Assembly (NCBI GenBank): GCA_964401315.1
Contig: CAYNYB010000017.1
Location: 7,596-71,595 of the forward strand
DNA: 64,000 nt
Source: an uncultured Alistipes sp.
Lineage (GTDB): Bacteria > Bacillota > Clostridia > Oscillospirales > Ruminococcaceae
Reading direction: 5' to 3'
The position numbers and the translations under genes were made by a program. The notes under the pieces are model-generated. The model had not been told where the DNA came from, made no database searches, and saw only the letters and a program-made list of their open reading frames with translations. This document shows positions 27,526 through 36,038 of the stretch, one piece after another (within the stretch, counting starts at the first letter, position 1; every line of letters begins with the position of its first letter).

Positions 27526-28992
27526 ATGGAATTCATTACGCTCCCCATCATTCTTATCGCTGCCGCGGTAATTTTTCTGATCGTCATTCTCGCCATGGGT
27601 TACATCAAAGCTCCGCCCGACATGGCATACATCATTTCAGGTCTGCGCCGAAAAATTATAATCGGTAAAGCAAGTATTCGAATCCCCTTCTTTGAGCGCG
27701 TTGATAAACTGAAACTCCAGCTTATCGCGGTCGACGTAAAAACTTCAAGTGCAGTTCCAACTGCCGATTACATCAACATCAACGTTGACGCCAATGTAAA
27801 CGTAAAAGTCAGCAGCGACCCGATACTTATCAAACTCGGCGCGGAAAACTTCCTCAACAAAGAAACGGTATATATCGCGAAAGTTGCAAGAGAAGTTCTC
27901 GAAGGAAATATGCGTGAGATCGTCGGACAGATGACTCTCGAAGCAATGGTCAACGACCGCAAGGCTTTTGCTGAAAAAGTTCAGGAAAACGCCGCTCCCG
28001 ATCTCAACAGAATGGGACTGGAGATAGTTTCGTTCAACGTACAGAATTTCACAGATGATCAAAATCTCATTGAAAATCTCGGTATTGATAATACCACTAA
28101 AATTCAGAAGAAAGCCGCTATTGCAAGAGCAGAATCCGAAAAAGAAATCGAGATCGCAAAGGCGCAGGCGAAGAAAGAAGCAAACGACGCAAAAGTTCTC
28201 GCCGAGACCGAGATCGCTCAGAAAAACAATCAGCTTGCCATTCGTCAGGCGGAATTGAAAAAAGAAGCCGATACTCAGCTTGCTATCGCCGACGCCGCTT
28301 ATGAGATTCAGCGTGAAGAACAGCGCCGCTCAATTGAGGTATCGAAGTACAATGCAGATATTGCAGCATCTGAAAAAGACGTTGAATTAAAGACAAAAGA
28401 AGCCGAAGTTATGGAAAAAGCTCTTGACGCCGACATCAAGAAGAAAGCCGAAGCCGATAAGTACAGGGTTCAGCAGTTATCGGATGCAAAGCTTTATCAG
28501 CTTAAAAAGGAAGCTGAAGCCGATCGTTTCCAGCGCGAACAGGAAGCCGAGGCTCAGAAAGCCGAAGCGGAAGCGCAGAAATTTGCCAGAATGCAGGAAG
28601 CCGAAGGTATTGCAGCAGTAGGTCAGGCAGAAGCCGACGCGATCCGCGCCAAGAGCCTTGCCGAAGCCGAGGGTATCAACGCCAAGGCGGAAGCGATGAA
28701 GAAATACGGCGAAGCGGCTGTCCTTGAAATGTATTTCAAGGCGCTCCCCGATATTGTTAAGAATGCTGCAGCTCCCCTTGAAAATGTTGATCGCATAACA
28801 ATGTACGGCGACGGTAATTCAAGCAGAATGGTAGGCGACATAATCAGTTCCACGGCAAAAATAACAGACGGTCTTTCGGAGGCTACGGGAGTTGACATAA
28901 AATCCGTTCTTGCAGGATTTCTGGGAGGAATGAAAACTCATGAAACGCCTGCTCCCCAAACATCTGCACCCGACAGTTTTGAAGAAGTTTAA
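27526..28992 (+). CDS. Flotillin/SPFH-domain membrane protein
   Basis: N-terminal TM, SPFH domain (VLEGNMREIVG, FNVQNF), AEA-rich coiled coil. Confidence 0.93.
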   Translation: MEFITLPIILIAAAVIFLIVILAMGYIKAPPDMAYIISGLRRKIIIGKASIRIPFFERVDKLKLQLIAVDVKTSSAVPTADYININVDANVNVKVSSDPILIKLGAENFLNKETVYIAKVAREVLEGNMREIVGQMTLEAMVNDRKAFAEKVQENAAPDLNRMGLEIVSFNVQNFTDDQNLIENLGIDNTTKIQKKAAIARAESEKEIEIAKAQAKKEANDAKVLAETEIAQKNNQLAIRQAELKKEADTQLAIADAAYEIQREEQRRSIEVSKYNADIAASEKDVELKTKEAEVMEKALDADIKKKAEADKYRVQQLSDAKLYQLKKEAEADRFQREQEAEAQKAEAEAQKFARMQEAEGIAAVGQAEADAIRAKSLAEAEGINAKAEAMKKYGEAAVLEMYFKALPDIVKNAAAPLENVDRITMYGDGNSSRMVGDIISSTAKITDGLSEATGVDIKSVLAGFLGGMKTHETPAPQTSAPDSFEEV

Positions 28993-29000
28993 ACTTAACC

Positions 29001-29039
29001 AAGACCTTGAAATACTCGACGTATTTCAAGGTCTTTTTT
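29001..29039 (+). terminator. Intrinsic terminator of the flotillin gene
   Basis: AAGACCTTGAAATAC-tcgac-GTATTTCAAGGTCTTTTTT. Confidence 0.85.
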
Positions 29040-29107
29040 GCGTCAATGTTGATTTTCACAATTATTTATGTTATAATTTAGAAAAATAAAAATCGGGAGA
29101 TGATCGC

Positions 29108-29887
29108 ATGGAAATATTTATAACAATACTTGTAACTTTTTTTGCAGGAATGGGCGCAGGTCTTGGAACCGGATTTGCAGGAATGAGCGCCGCCGCCGTA
29201 ATTACGCCAATGCTTGTGACATTTTTGGGAATCGAACCATACATGGCAGTCGGCATTGCATTATCGTCGGACGTTCTCGCAAGCGCGGTTTCAGCTTACA
29301 CGTATGGCAAAAATAAAAATCTCGACATAAAAAACGGACTTATAATGATGTTCACCGTTCTTATCTTCACAGTAGCGGGGAGCTTCGTCTCAAAGCTCGT
29401 TCCATCTACCGCAATGGGCGGATTTTCAGTATTTATGACGTTTCTGCTCGGTATAAAATTCATCGTAAAGCCTGTAATGACAACAAAAGAAGCTATGGAA
29501 TCCACCGATGCTAAAAAGCGTATAAAGCAATCTCTCGTCAGCGGCACTCTTATAGGCTTTATATGCGGATTTATCGGCGCAGGCGGCGGAATGATGATGC
29601 TTCTTATTCTCACGTCCGTACTTGGATACGAGTTGAAAACCGCCGTCGGCACAAGCGTATTTATTATGACGTTTACGGCTCTGACGGGAGCGGTATCGCA
29701 TTTCGCGATTGGCGGACTTCCCGCTCCTCTCGTTTGGATATTATGCGTGGTATTTACATTTATATGGGCAAGGATCGCCGCAGTTTTCGCAAACAAAGCC
29801 ACGCCCAAAACCCTTAACCGCGCCACAGGTATCATACTTGCGCTTCTCGGACTTGTTATTATGGGATTCTCACTTTTTACTAAGTAA
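29108..29887 (+). CDS. TauE/SafE-family (sulfite exporter-like) membrane protein
   Basis: Duplicated halves with GxGxGxAG and GFIGAGGG; AVGTS motif; multi-TM. Confidence 0.88.
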   Translation: MEIFITILVTFFAGMGAGLGTGFAGMSAAAVITPMLVTFLGIEPYMAVGIALSSDVLASAVSAYTYGKNKNLDIKNGLIMMFTVLIFTVAGSFVSKLVPSTAMGGFSVFMTFLLGIKFIVKPVMTTKEAMESTDAKKRIKQSLVSGTLIGFICGFIGAGGGMMMLLILTSVLGYELKTAVGTSVFIMTFTALTGAVSHFAIGGLPAPLVWILCVVFTFIWARIAAVFANKATPKTLNRATGIILALLGLVIMGFSLFTK

Positions 29888-29903
29888 TAACTGCAGAGAT
29901 TCG

Positions 29904-30401
29904 TCAAAATCTTCTGCAAAAGCAGAAATATACCGTTACAGCAAGTCCTGATATAACAATAATTTGTACAAACGTTACAATGCTTCGTATAAGTCTTTCG
30001 TGAACGCTCCCCTCTGCAAGAAGTTCAAGAGCTGCTCCGCCATCGAGGAAACTGAACGGCAGCAGATTGAAGATCCCCTCGGCAAGATTAAACGTGCAGA
30101 GATATCCGCGTAATCCAAAATGCCAAAGAACGGCGAAGAAAAGCAGATTGACGGCAGGTCCGCACATCAGAACAGCTATACCCTCTTTGATATTTTTGCA
30201 GGGCGAAGCTGTCATTTTAATTCCGAAGCAGCCGAATTCAATAGAACGAAGCTCGCCGCCCGTAAGCTTTAAAGCTATAATATGACCTGTCTCATGGGCG
30301 ATACACGATATGTAAAACGCCGTTATAAGATTTCCGTCGCGCAAAAGAAAAAGCAATGCGTTGAATATCAGAAACGAATATCTGATTTTTATTTTAGTCA
30401 T
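29904..30401 (-). CDS. M50 (site-2 / SpoIVFB-like) intramembrane metalloprotease, short form
   Basis: HETGH, CGPAVN and FNLLPFSFLDGG motifs. Confidence 0.82.
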   Translation of the reverse strand: MTKIKIRYSFLIFNALLFLLRDGNLITAFYISCIAHETGHIIALKLTGGELRSIEFGCFGIKMTASPCKNIKEGIAVLMCGPAVNLLFFAVLWHFGLRGYLCTFNLAEGIFNLLPFSFLDGGAALELLAEGSVHERLIRSIVTFVQIIVISGLAVTVYFCFCRRF

Positions 30402-30730
30402 AGATTTTTTACAAATTCGATAATATAATCTACGGGATTAGGAATAATATTTTTATCTGCTGTTGAAAGTTTGCGCAGAAATCCGATCATTTCTTCCGCG
30501 ATCTCGGGCTTGGCAATGTTGAGTATAACAAGTCCCGCCGCAATTATCAGGCATAATACAGTCTGCATGGAAACAATATCGTCTGCTCGTCCTTCACGGC
30601 GTCTGCGGATATCTTCCTCCTGCAGCCTTTCAGTGCTATCCTCATCGGAAATGACTTCAGTTTCCGTCTCTTCATTTGCAATTTCTTCTTCATTAACATA
30701 ATTCTCTCCTATAACAAGATCTTCTTCCAT
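30398..30730 (-). CDS. Hypothetical single-TM protein with acidic N-terminus, overlapping the M50 start
   Basis: SD GGAGG; 4-nt overlap with the next gene; one hydrophobic segment. Confidence 0.7.
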   Translation of the reverse strand: MEEDLVIGENYVNEEEIANEETETEVISDEDSTERLQEEDIRRRREGRADDIVSMQTVLCLIIAAGLVILNIAKPEIAEEMIGFLRKLSTADKNIIPNPVDYIIEFVKNL

Positions 30731-30878
30731 GTCCGCACCTCCTTCATATTAATTCATATGCAAATTTACAATAAATATTACAATGACAGTATTGACTTTT
30801 TCCAAAAATTGTGATAAAATCATGATGAATAGTTATATCAGATAAAGAAATAAAATTTTACCTTTAAGGGTGATATTT

Positions 30879-33194
30879 ATGATATGGTTAATGGTCGCGA
30901 CCATGTTTGCCGGCTCGGCATTCACGCTATGCTGCGCGATTTACGGTATATTGAAACTGCGCGAAAATCCACTGGAAAATTACGAAAGAAAAGCGCTTAT
31001 ATGCGCCGCCGGAGTGCCTGCGTTAAATGCCGCGGCAATGCTTGCACCGAACGAAAAAGCAGCCCTGTTTTTATTCGGGCTGTACAATATATGCGAGACG
31101 TGTACCTCGCTATGCCTTTTATTATTTGTCAGGCGATATATGGGCATTACAAGGTCGTTGGACAAAGTAAAAAAAATAATTTACATTGTCGCCGTTATCG
31201 ACGCCGTCATGATGCTTATCAACCCATTCTTCAGCTTTTTGTTCAAAGTCGAACCGTATTACGATAGATGGGGATCGCTGTTCTACCGATCCTATAATAT
31301 GATGCCGCCGTATTATTTCCATGCGGCATTTACCACAATTATTATGATCGCGACGCTTGCAATGCTGCTGCGACGCATTATAATCGCTCCGAAAGCATAT
31401 GTTATAAAGTACAGCTCTGTATTCCTGTCGCTTGCTATAATTGCGGCTATCGGAACGCTTTATATGTGTCTTGATCTTAAATTCGATTACTCGCTGATGC
31501 TTTATCCTTTCGTCGCACTCCTGATCTTCTACTTCTCCCTTGTTTACGTTCCGCGCGGACTTATGGAACGCCTTATGTTCTTCACCGTCGCGAATATGAA
31601 AGACGGAATAGTCTGCATAGATATCGATTCCAAGATCGTCCATGCAAACAAGGCTGCGAAAGATTTCTGCGAAGCCGATATTGATGTTCAAACACTCGAA
31701 AAACAGGTCAAAAAATGGCTTCTCGAAGATATCGACCCGAATATTTCCGTTCATATCTGGGAAACCAAAAGACGCGTCAACGGTCAGAAGCATTATTTCA
31801 AGATCGAATATCACAGAATTTACGACAGCTCCGTAAAATATCTCGGCTGCTTTTTCCTTATACACGACAGGACTGAGGAATACATCAAATATACTACCGA
31901 AAAATATAAAGCGACTCACGATATGCTGACAGGACTTTACAATAAAGAATGCTTTTGCGAATGCGTTAAAAATAAGCTGAATAGCGATACGGAAACGGGA
32001 TACTATATCATTGTCACCGATGTGAAGAATTTCAAAATAGTAAACGACGTTTTCGGCGTTGAAGCAGGCGACAGACTCCTTAAAAAAATTTCCGAGATCA
32101 CCTCGCAGTTCGGCGGCAGCGACTGCATTTACGGTCGTCTCACGGGAGACCGATTTGCGATATGTATGCCGAAATCGAAATTCTCGGAGGAAGAACTGCT
32201 TGAAACATATTCAGCCGTAGACTCGTTTCTGGAAAGCGCTGCTTTCAAAACTCATATTCATATAGGCGTATATGAAGTTACCGACCGCTCGCTGCGAGTT
32301 TCCGTAATGTGCGACCGCGCTAATCTTGCGATCAAAAAGATCAAGGACAGCTACCGCAGCTTTGTTGCATATTATGATAATGAGCTTCGCGAAAGCTTTA
32401 TCAGCGAACACAAAGTTATAAGCGAATTTGAAAAAGCTATAGGCGGCGGTCACTTTCAGCCGTACATACAGCCGCAGATCGCCTCAAACGGCAATATCAC
32501 GGGCGGCGAAATCCTTGTTCGCTGGATTCATCCGAAGGAAGGCATGATACCGCCCGATAAATTTATCAAGCTGCTTGAACAGACGGGCCTGATAAGCCGT
32601 CTCGACAAGCATATGTGGGAGCTTGCCTGCATACAGCTTAAACGCTGGACGGAGATGGGATTGACCGAAAGTTATCTTTCCGTAAATATATCGCAGAAAG
32701 ATTTCTATCTTCTTGACGTATACGCTACGATGATCTCTCTTGTGAATCAGTACGACATCTCCCCGAAAAGACTCCATCTTGAGATCACGGAAACGGCTAT
32801 CATGGATAATCCGATGGCTCAGCTGGAGCTTATCGCAAAACTGCGCGACTGCGGATTTATAGTTGAGATCGACGATTTCGGCAGCGGCTATTCGTCGCTT
32901 AATATGCTGAAAGAGATCGAAGCCGATGTGCTGAAGATAGACATGGGATTTTTGAAAAAAACAGATCATCAGCAGAAAAGTCAGATCATTCTGAAAATGA
33001 TAATCAGTCTTGCAAAATCTCTGAATATGGAAGTCATTACCGAGGGTGTGGAAACCATGGAACAGGTAAAATTCCTTGAAGAATACGGCTGCGACACTTA
33101 TCAGGGCTATTATTTCGCAAAGCCGATGCCGGTAAAGGAATTCGAGAGTACTTATCTTAATAAGCGTTTCAGAATAGATCTCCTCAAAAAATAG
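30879..33194 (+). CDS. 7TM-PAS-GGDEF(degenerate)-EAL protein, probable c-di-GMP phosphodiesterase
   Basis: Multi-TM N-terminus; GGDEF replaced by TGDRF; EAL motifs GEILVRW, LEITE, DDFGSGYSS, LKID and EGVE intact. Confidence 0.88.
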   Translation: MIWLMVATMFAGSAFTLCCAIYGILKLRENPLENYERKALICAAGVPALNAAAMLAPNEKAALFLFGLYNICETCTSLCLLLFVRRYMGITRSLDKVKKIIYIVAVIDAVMMLINPFFSFLFKVEPYYDRWGSLFYRSYNMMPPYYFHAAFTTIIMIATLAMLLRRIIIAPKAYVIKYSSVFLSLAIIAAIGTLYMCLDLKFDYSLMLYPFVALLIFYFSLVYVPRGLMERLMFFTVANMKDGIVCIDIDSKIVHANKAAKDFCEADIDVQTLEKQVKKWLLEDIDPNISVHIWETKRRVNGQKHYFKIEYHRIYDSSVKYLGCFFLIHDRTEEYIKYTTEKYKATHDMLTGLYNKECFCECVKNKLNSDTETGYYIIVTDVKNFKIVNDVFGVEAGDRLLKKISEITSQFGGSDCIYGRLTGDRFAICMPKSKFSEEELLETYSAVDSFLESAAFKTHIHIGVYEVTDRSLRVSVMCDRANLAIKKIKDSYRSFVAYYDNELRESFISEHKVISEFEKAIGGGHFQPYIQPQIASNGNITGGEILVRWIHPKEGMIPPDKFIKLLEQTGLISRLDKHMWELACIQLKRWTEMGLTESYLSVNISQKDFYLLDVYATMISLVNQYDISPKRLHLEITETAIMDNPMAQLELIAKLRDCGFIVEIDDFGSGYSSLNMLKEIEADVLKIDMGFLKKTDHQQKSQIILKMIISLAKSLNMEVITEGVETMEQVKFLEEYGCDTYQGYYFAKPMPVKEFESTYLNKRFRIDLLKK

Positions 33195-33318
33195 CCCCGT
33201 ATGATAGTCTGAGATACTGAACAGGCTTTGATAAATGGTGACGCTGGATTTTTGCCTTGACATATTTTATGAATTATGGTAAAATTATTAAAATGAATTT
33301 TGAACTGGAGGAGTACTT

Positions 33319-34395
33319 TTGAAAATAATCAGAAATATCACATCAATCTCGGCAGCTATCGCTCTTGCCGCTGCAATGACAGGCTGTTCCGCTACAAAAT
33401 CTGATTCCGATGAAAAGCAATTTGAAAGAAACGCTCCAGACAGCGTTTCTTTTGAATGGCAAAAGGCTTATGAAAGCAAGCTGAGCGAATTCAAAGAATC
33501 GGAGGATTTTTCCGAAGATCAGGAATCGGGCTCGGCTTTCGATCTTATCGATATTACGGGCGACGGCTTGCCCGAACTTATTATCTCCCCAAATACGGGC
33601 GGATCTACCAAATGTTCTATTTATTCGTTCACCGACGGCGAAGCTGCTGAAATCGGCGATATCGGAAATACGGGCAGCTTTATGTATCTTCCGCTTATAA
33701 ATACTGTCAAGGACGAATACTGCGGCGACGGCTTTATCCTCGGAAGCTATCTCAAATTCGAAAACGGCGCTTTCAATCAGGAGATCAGCTACAGCGACAA
33801 TTCTCAGTCTGCAATGACGGGCGCTGTTATCGTTCATGAAATTGACGGTGCAGAAGTTCTTCTCCCCGATTATGAAGCCGCTCTCGAACCTTATACCGGT
33901 TCGCCCGCTATCAAGGTGGGAAGAAAATATTCAATGGGAGACGGCGTTATCAAATATGCTCTTTACCGCTCCGAAAGCTGGGAAGAAATAATCAGTCCGG
34001 CAGATAAGAAGCTATGCATGGATATCCTCAAAGAAAAACTTCTCCCTGAATATGAAACAGGCTCGGAGATCGCCTATGAACTTGCCGATCTCAACAACGA
34101 CAACGTTCCCGAACTCCTCATTTCGGAAGGCACATATCCCGAAGCTCCCTGTTCGATCTTCTATTTCAAAAACAATACTCTCTGCCCCGTTGAGGGAACT
34201 TACGGTTCTTGGGGTGAGATTACTCTCGATACCGATAATCTGATCTTCTACTCTGTTTCAGGTACGGAGACTATCTACTGGAGCATATCCAACAGCGCAT
34301 TCTCTTCGACAAATTATGTAAGCTCCGGCAATACGGCTGTTCTCGGCAGAAAGCGTCTGCTTACCGAGGAAAATATTTCTATGGATTTCAGTTGA
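33319..34395 (+). CDS. Acidic lipoprotein with two Ca-blade (DxxxDxxPEL) motifs
   Basis: Lipobox MTGC; DITGDGLPELIIS and DLNNDNVPELLIS; TTG start with SD GGAGGAG. Confidence 0.75.
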   Translation: MKIIRNITSISAAIALAAAMTGCSATKSDSDEKQFERNAPDSVSFEWQKAYESKLSEFKESEDFSEDQESGSAFDLIDITGDGLPELIISPNTGGSTKCSIYSFTDGEAAEIGDIGNTGSFMYLPLINTVKDEYCGDGFILGSYLKFENGAFNQEISYSDNSQSAMTGAVIVHEIDGAEVLLPDYEAALEPYTGSPAIKVGRKYSMGDGVIKYALYRSESWEEIISPADKKLCMDILKEKLLPEYETGSEIAYELADLNNDNVPELLISEGTYPEAPCSIFYFKNNTLCPVEGTYGSWGEITLDTDNLIFYSVSGTETIYWSISNSAFSSTNYVSSGNTAVLGRKRLLTEENISMDFS

Positions 34396-34396
34396 T

Positions 34397-35770
34397 ATGG
34401 CAAAATCAAAACTTGTTTATGAATGCAGCGCCTGCGGATACGAAAGCTCTAAATGGAATGGAAAATGTCCCTCATGCGGCGCTTGGAACACATTTGAGGA
34501 AGCGATCAGCGAACCTGCACCCTCATCTTCCTCATCTTACGCTTCAAGAGGAATACTCGATCTCTCCGACAGCATACTTGAACTGGAAGATATAGGCTAT
34601 GACAGCGACGTGCGCTACGATACGGGAATAGGCGAGCTTAACCGCGTTCTCGGCGGCGGACTTGTAAAAGGTTCTCTCGTACTTCTCGGCGGCGAACCGG
34701 GAATCGGAAAAAGTACGATACTGCTTCAAATTTGTCAATATCTCGGCGAGGAGCATTCCATACTTTATGTTTCGGGGGAAGAATCGGCAAGACAGATAAA
34801 ACTCCGCGCACAGCGTCTCGGCGTTGATACCGAAAATCTATATCTGCTGACTTCCACCGACGCAGAGGCAGTTGCGGAAACGATAGCCTCGGCATCGCCC
34901 GATATTGCGATCATAGATTCTATCCAGACCATGAATATAAGCCGCATCACATCAAGTCCCGGAAGTCTTACTCAGGTACGCGAATGCTCTAATCTGTTCA
35001 TGCACACCGCAAAACGTCAGGAAATTCCGATAATTCTCGTCGGTCACGTCAATAAAGACGGCGCAATAGCAGGTCCGAAAGTCATGGAGCATATAGTTGA
35101 CGCCGTACTTTATTTCGAAGGCGAGCGTCATCAGAGTTATCGCCTGCTACGCGCGGTCAAAAACAGATTCGGATCTACAAATGAAATCGGCGTTTTTGAA
35201 ATGCTTGACAAGGGGCTTGCAGAGGTTGAAAATCCGTCCCAAATGCTTCTTTCGGGCAGACCGCATAATGTTTCGGGAACGTGCGTTGCCTGCGTTATGG
35301 AGGGAACACGTCCTATTCTTGCCGAGGTACAGTCTCTTGCCTCAAAAACAAGCTACGCAGCTCCGCGCAGAATGGCGACGGGATTTGATTTCAACAGGCT
35401 AAATATTCTCATAGCCGTGCTTGAAAAGCGTTTGGGAATATATATGGGTTCTCTCGACGTTTATCTCAATATCATCGGCGGATTTCGTCTTGATGAACCA
35501 GCCGCCGATCTTCCCGTGGCAATGGCTTTGTATTCGGGTATCATGGACAAGCCGATCGACGAGATGCTAATCTCATTCGGAGAAGTCGGACTGGGCGGTG
35601 AAATTCGCTCCGTATCGCATTTGTCACAGCGCATTAAAGAAGCCGAACGCATGAGGTTCAGAAAAGTCGTGATCCCCAAACAATCGGCTTCATCGATAAA
35701 TTTCGCAGACTATAAAAATATTGAAATAATCCCTGTTTCAACGCTGAAACAGGCTTTTAGTGCGATATAA
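34397..35770 (+). CDS. radA: DNA repair protein RadA/Sms
   Basis: Zn finger CSACG...CPSC; Walker A GGEPGIGKST; KNRFG; Lon-like C-terminus. Confidence 0.97.
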   Translation: MAKSKLVYECSACGYESSKWNGKCPSCGAWNTFEEAISEPAPSSSSSYASRGILDLSDSILELEDIGYDSDVRYDTGIGELNRVLGGGLVKGSLVLLGGEPGIGKSTILLQICQYLGEEHSILYVSGEESARQIKLRAQRLGVDTENLYLLTSTDAEAVAETIASASPDIAIIDSIQTMNISRITSSPGSLTQVRECSNLFMHTAKRQEIPIILVGHVNKDGAIAGPKVMEHIVDAVLYFEGERHQSYRLLRAVKNRFGSTNEIGVFEMLDKGLAEVENPSQMLLSGRPHNVSGTCVACVMEGTRPILAEVQSLASKTSYAAPRRMATGFDFNRLNILIAVLEKRLGIYMGSLDVYLNIIGGFRLDEPAADLPVAMALYSGIMDKPIDEMLISFGEVGLGGEIRSVSHLSQRIKEAERMRFRKVVIPKQSASSINFADYKNIEIIPVSTLKQAFSAI

Positions 35771-35775
35771 TCATG

Positions 35776-35810
35776 AAAACGGCAGCAGAATTTTTTCGCT
35801 GCCGTTTTTT
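35776..35810 (+). terminator. Terminator of radA
   Basis: AAAACGGCAGC...GCTGCCGTTTTTT. Confidence 0.82.
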
Positions 35811-35817
35811 ATACTAA

Positions 35818-35974
35818 GGAATTGTCACGAAATAAGTTGTGCGTTTAGACGCAAAATCGTTTGTTCTGTGCAAGGCACACAACCGCAGGAATAATGACGT
35901 ATTTCAAGGTTGTATAACGCGGTGTAGTACAAACGAGACAAGCGTAAATGTGCAGGTTATTTCGTGACAGTTCC
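35818..35974. mobile_element. MITE-like element A2 (157 bp), TAA direct repeats
   Basis: TIRs GGAATTGTCACGAAATAA / TTATTTCGTGACAGTTCC; TAA at 35815-17 and 35975-77; collinear with A1. Confidence 0.8.
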
Positions 35975-35979
35975 TAATG

Positions 35980-36009
35980 AAAAAAGAGCGTTCGGAAACG
36001 CTCTCTTTT
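35980..36009 (-). terminator. Terminator of the pectate lyase gene
   Basis: GAGCGTT-cgga-AACGCTC hairpin flanked by A/T runs. Confidence 0.7.
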
Positions 36010-36038
36010 CATTATATCATTATATTTAAGGAACGGGC

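Noticed and set aside
29001-29035. Flotillin terminator as a fifth MITE copy (shares GTATTTCAAGG with A1/A2)
   Set aside because: Only 11 nt are shared, with no TIRs or TSD; adequately explained as a terminator, although derivation from an element cannot be excluded.
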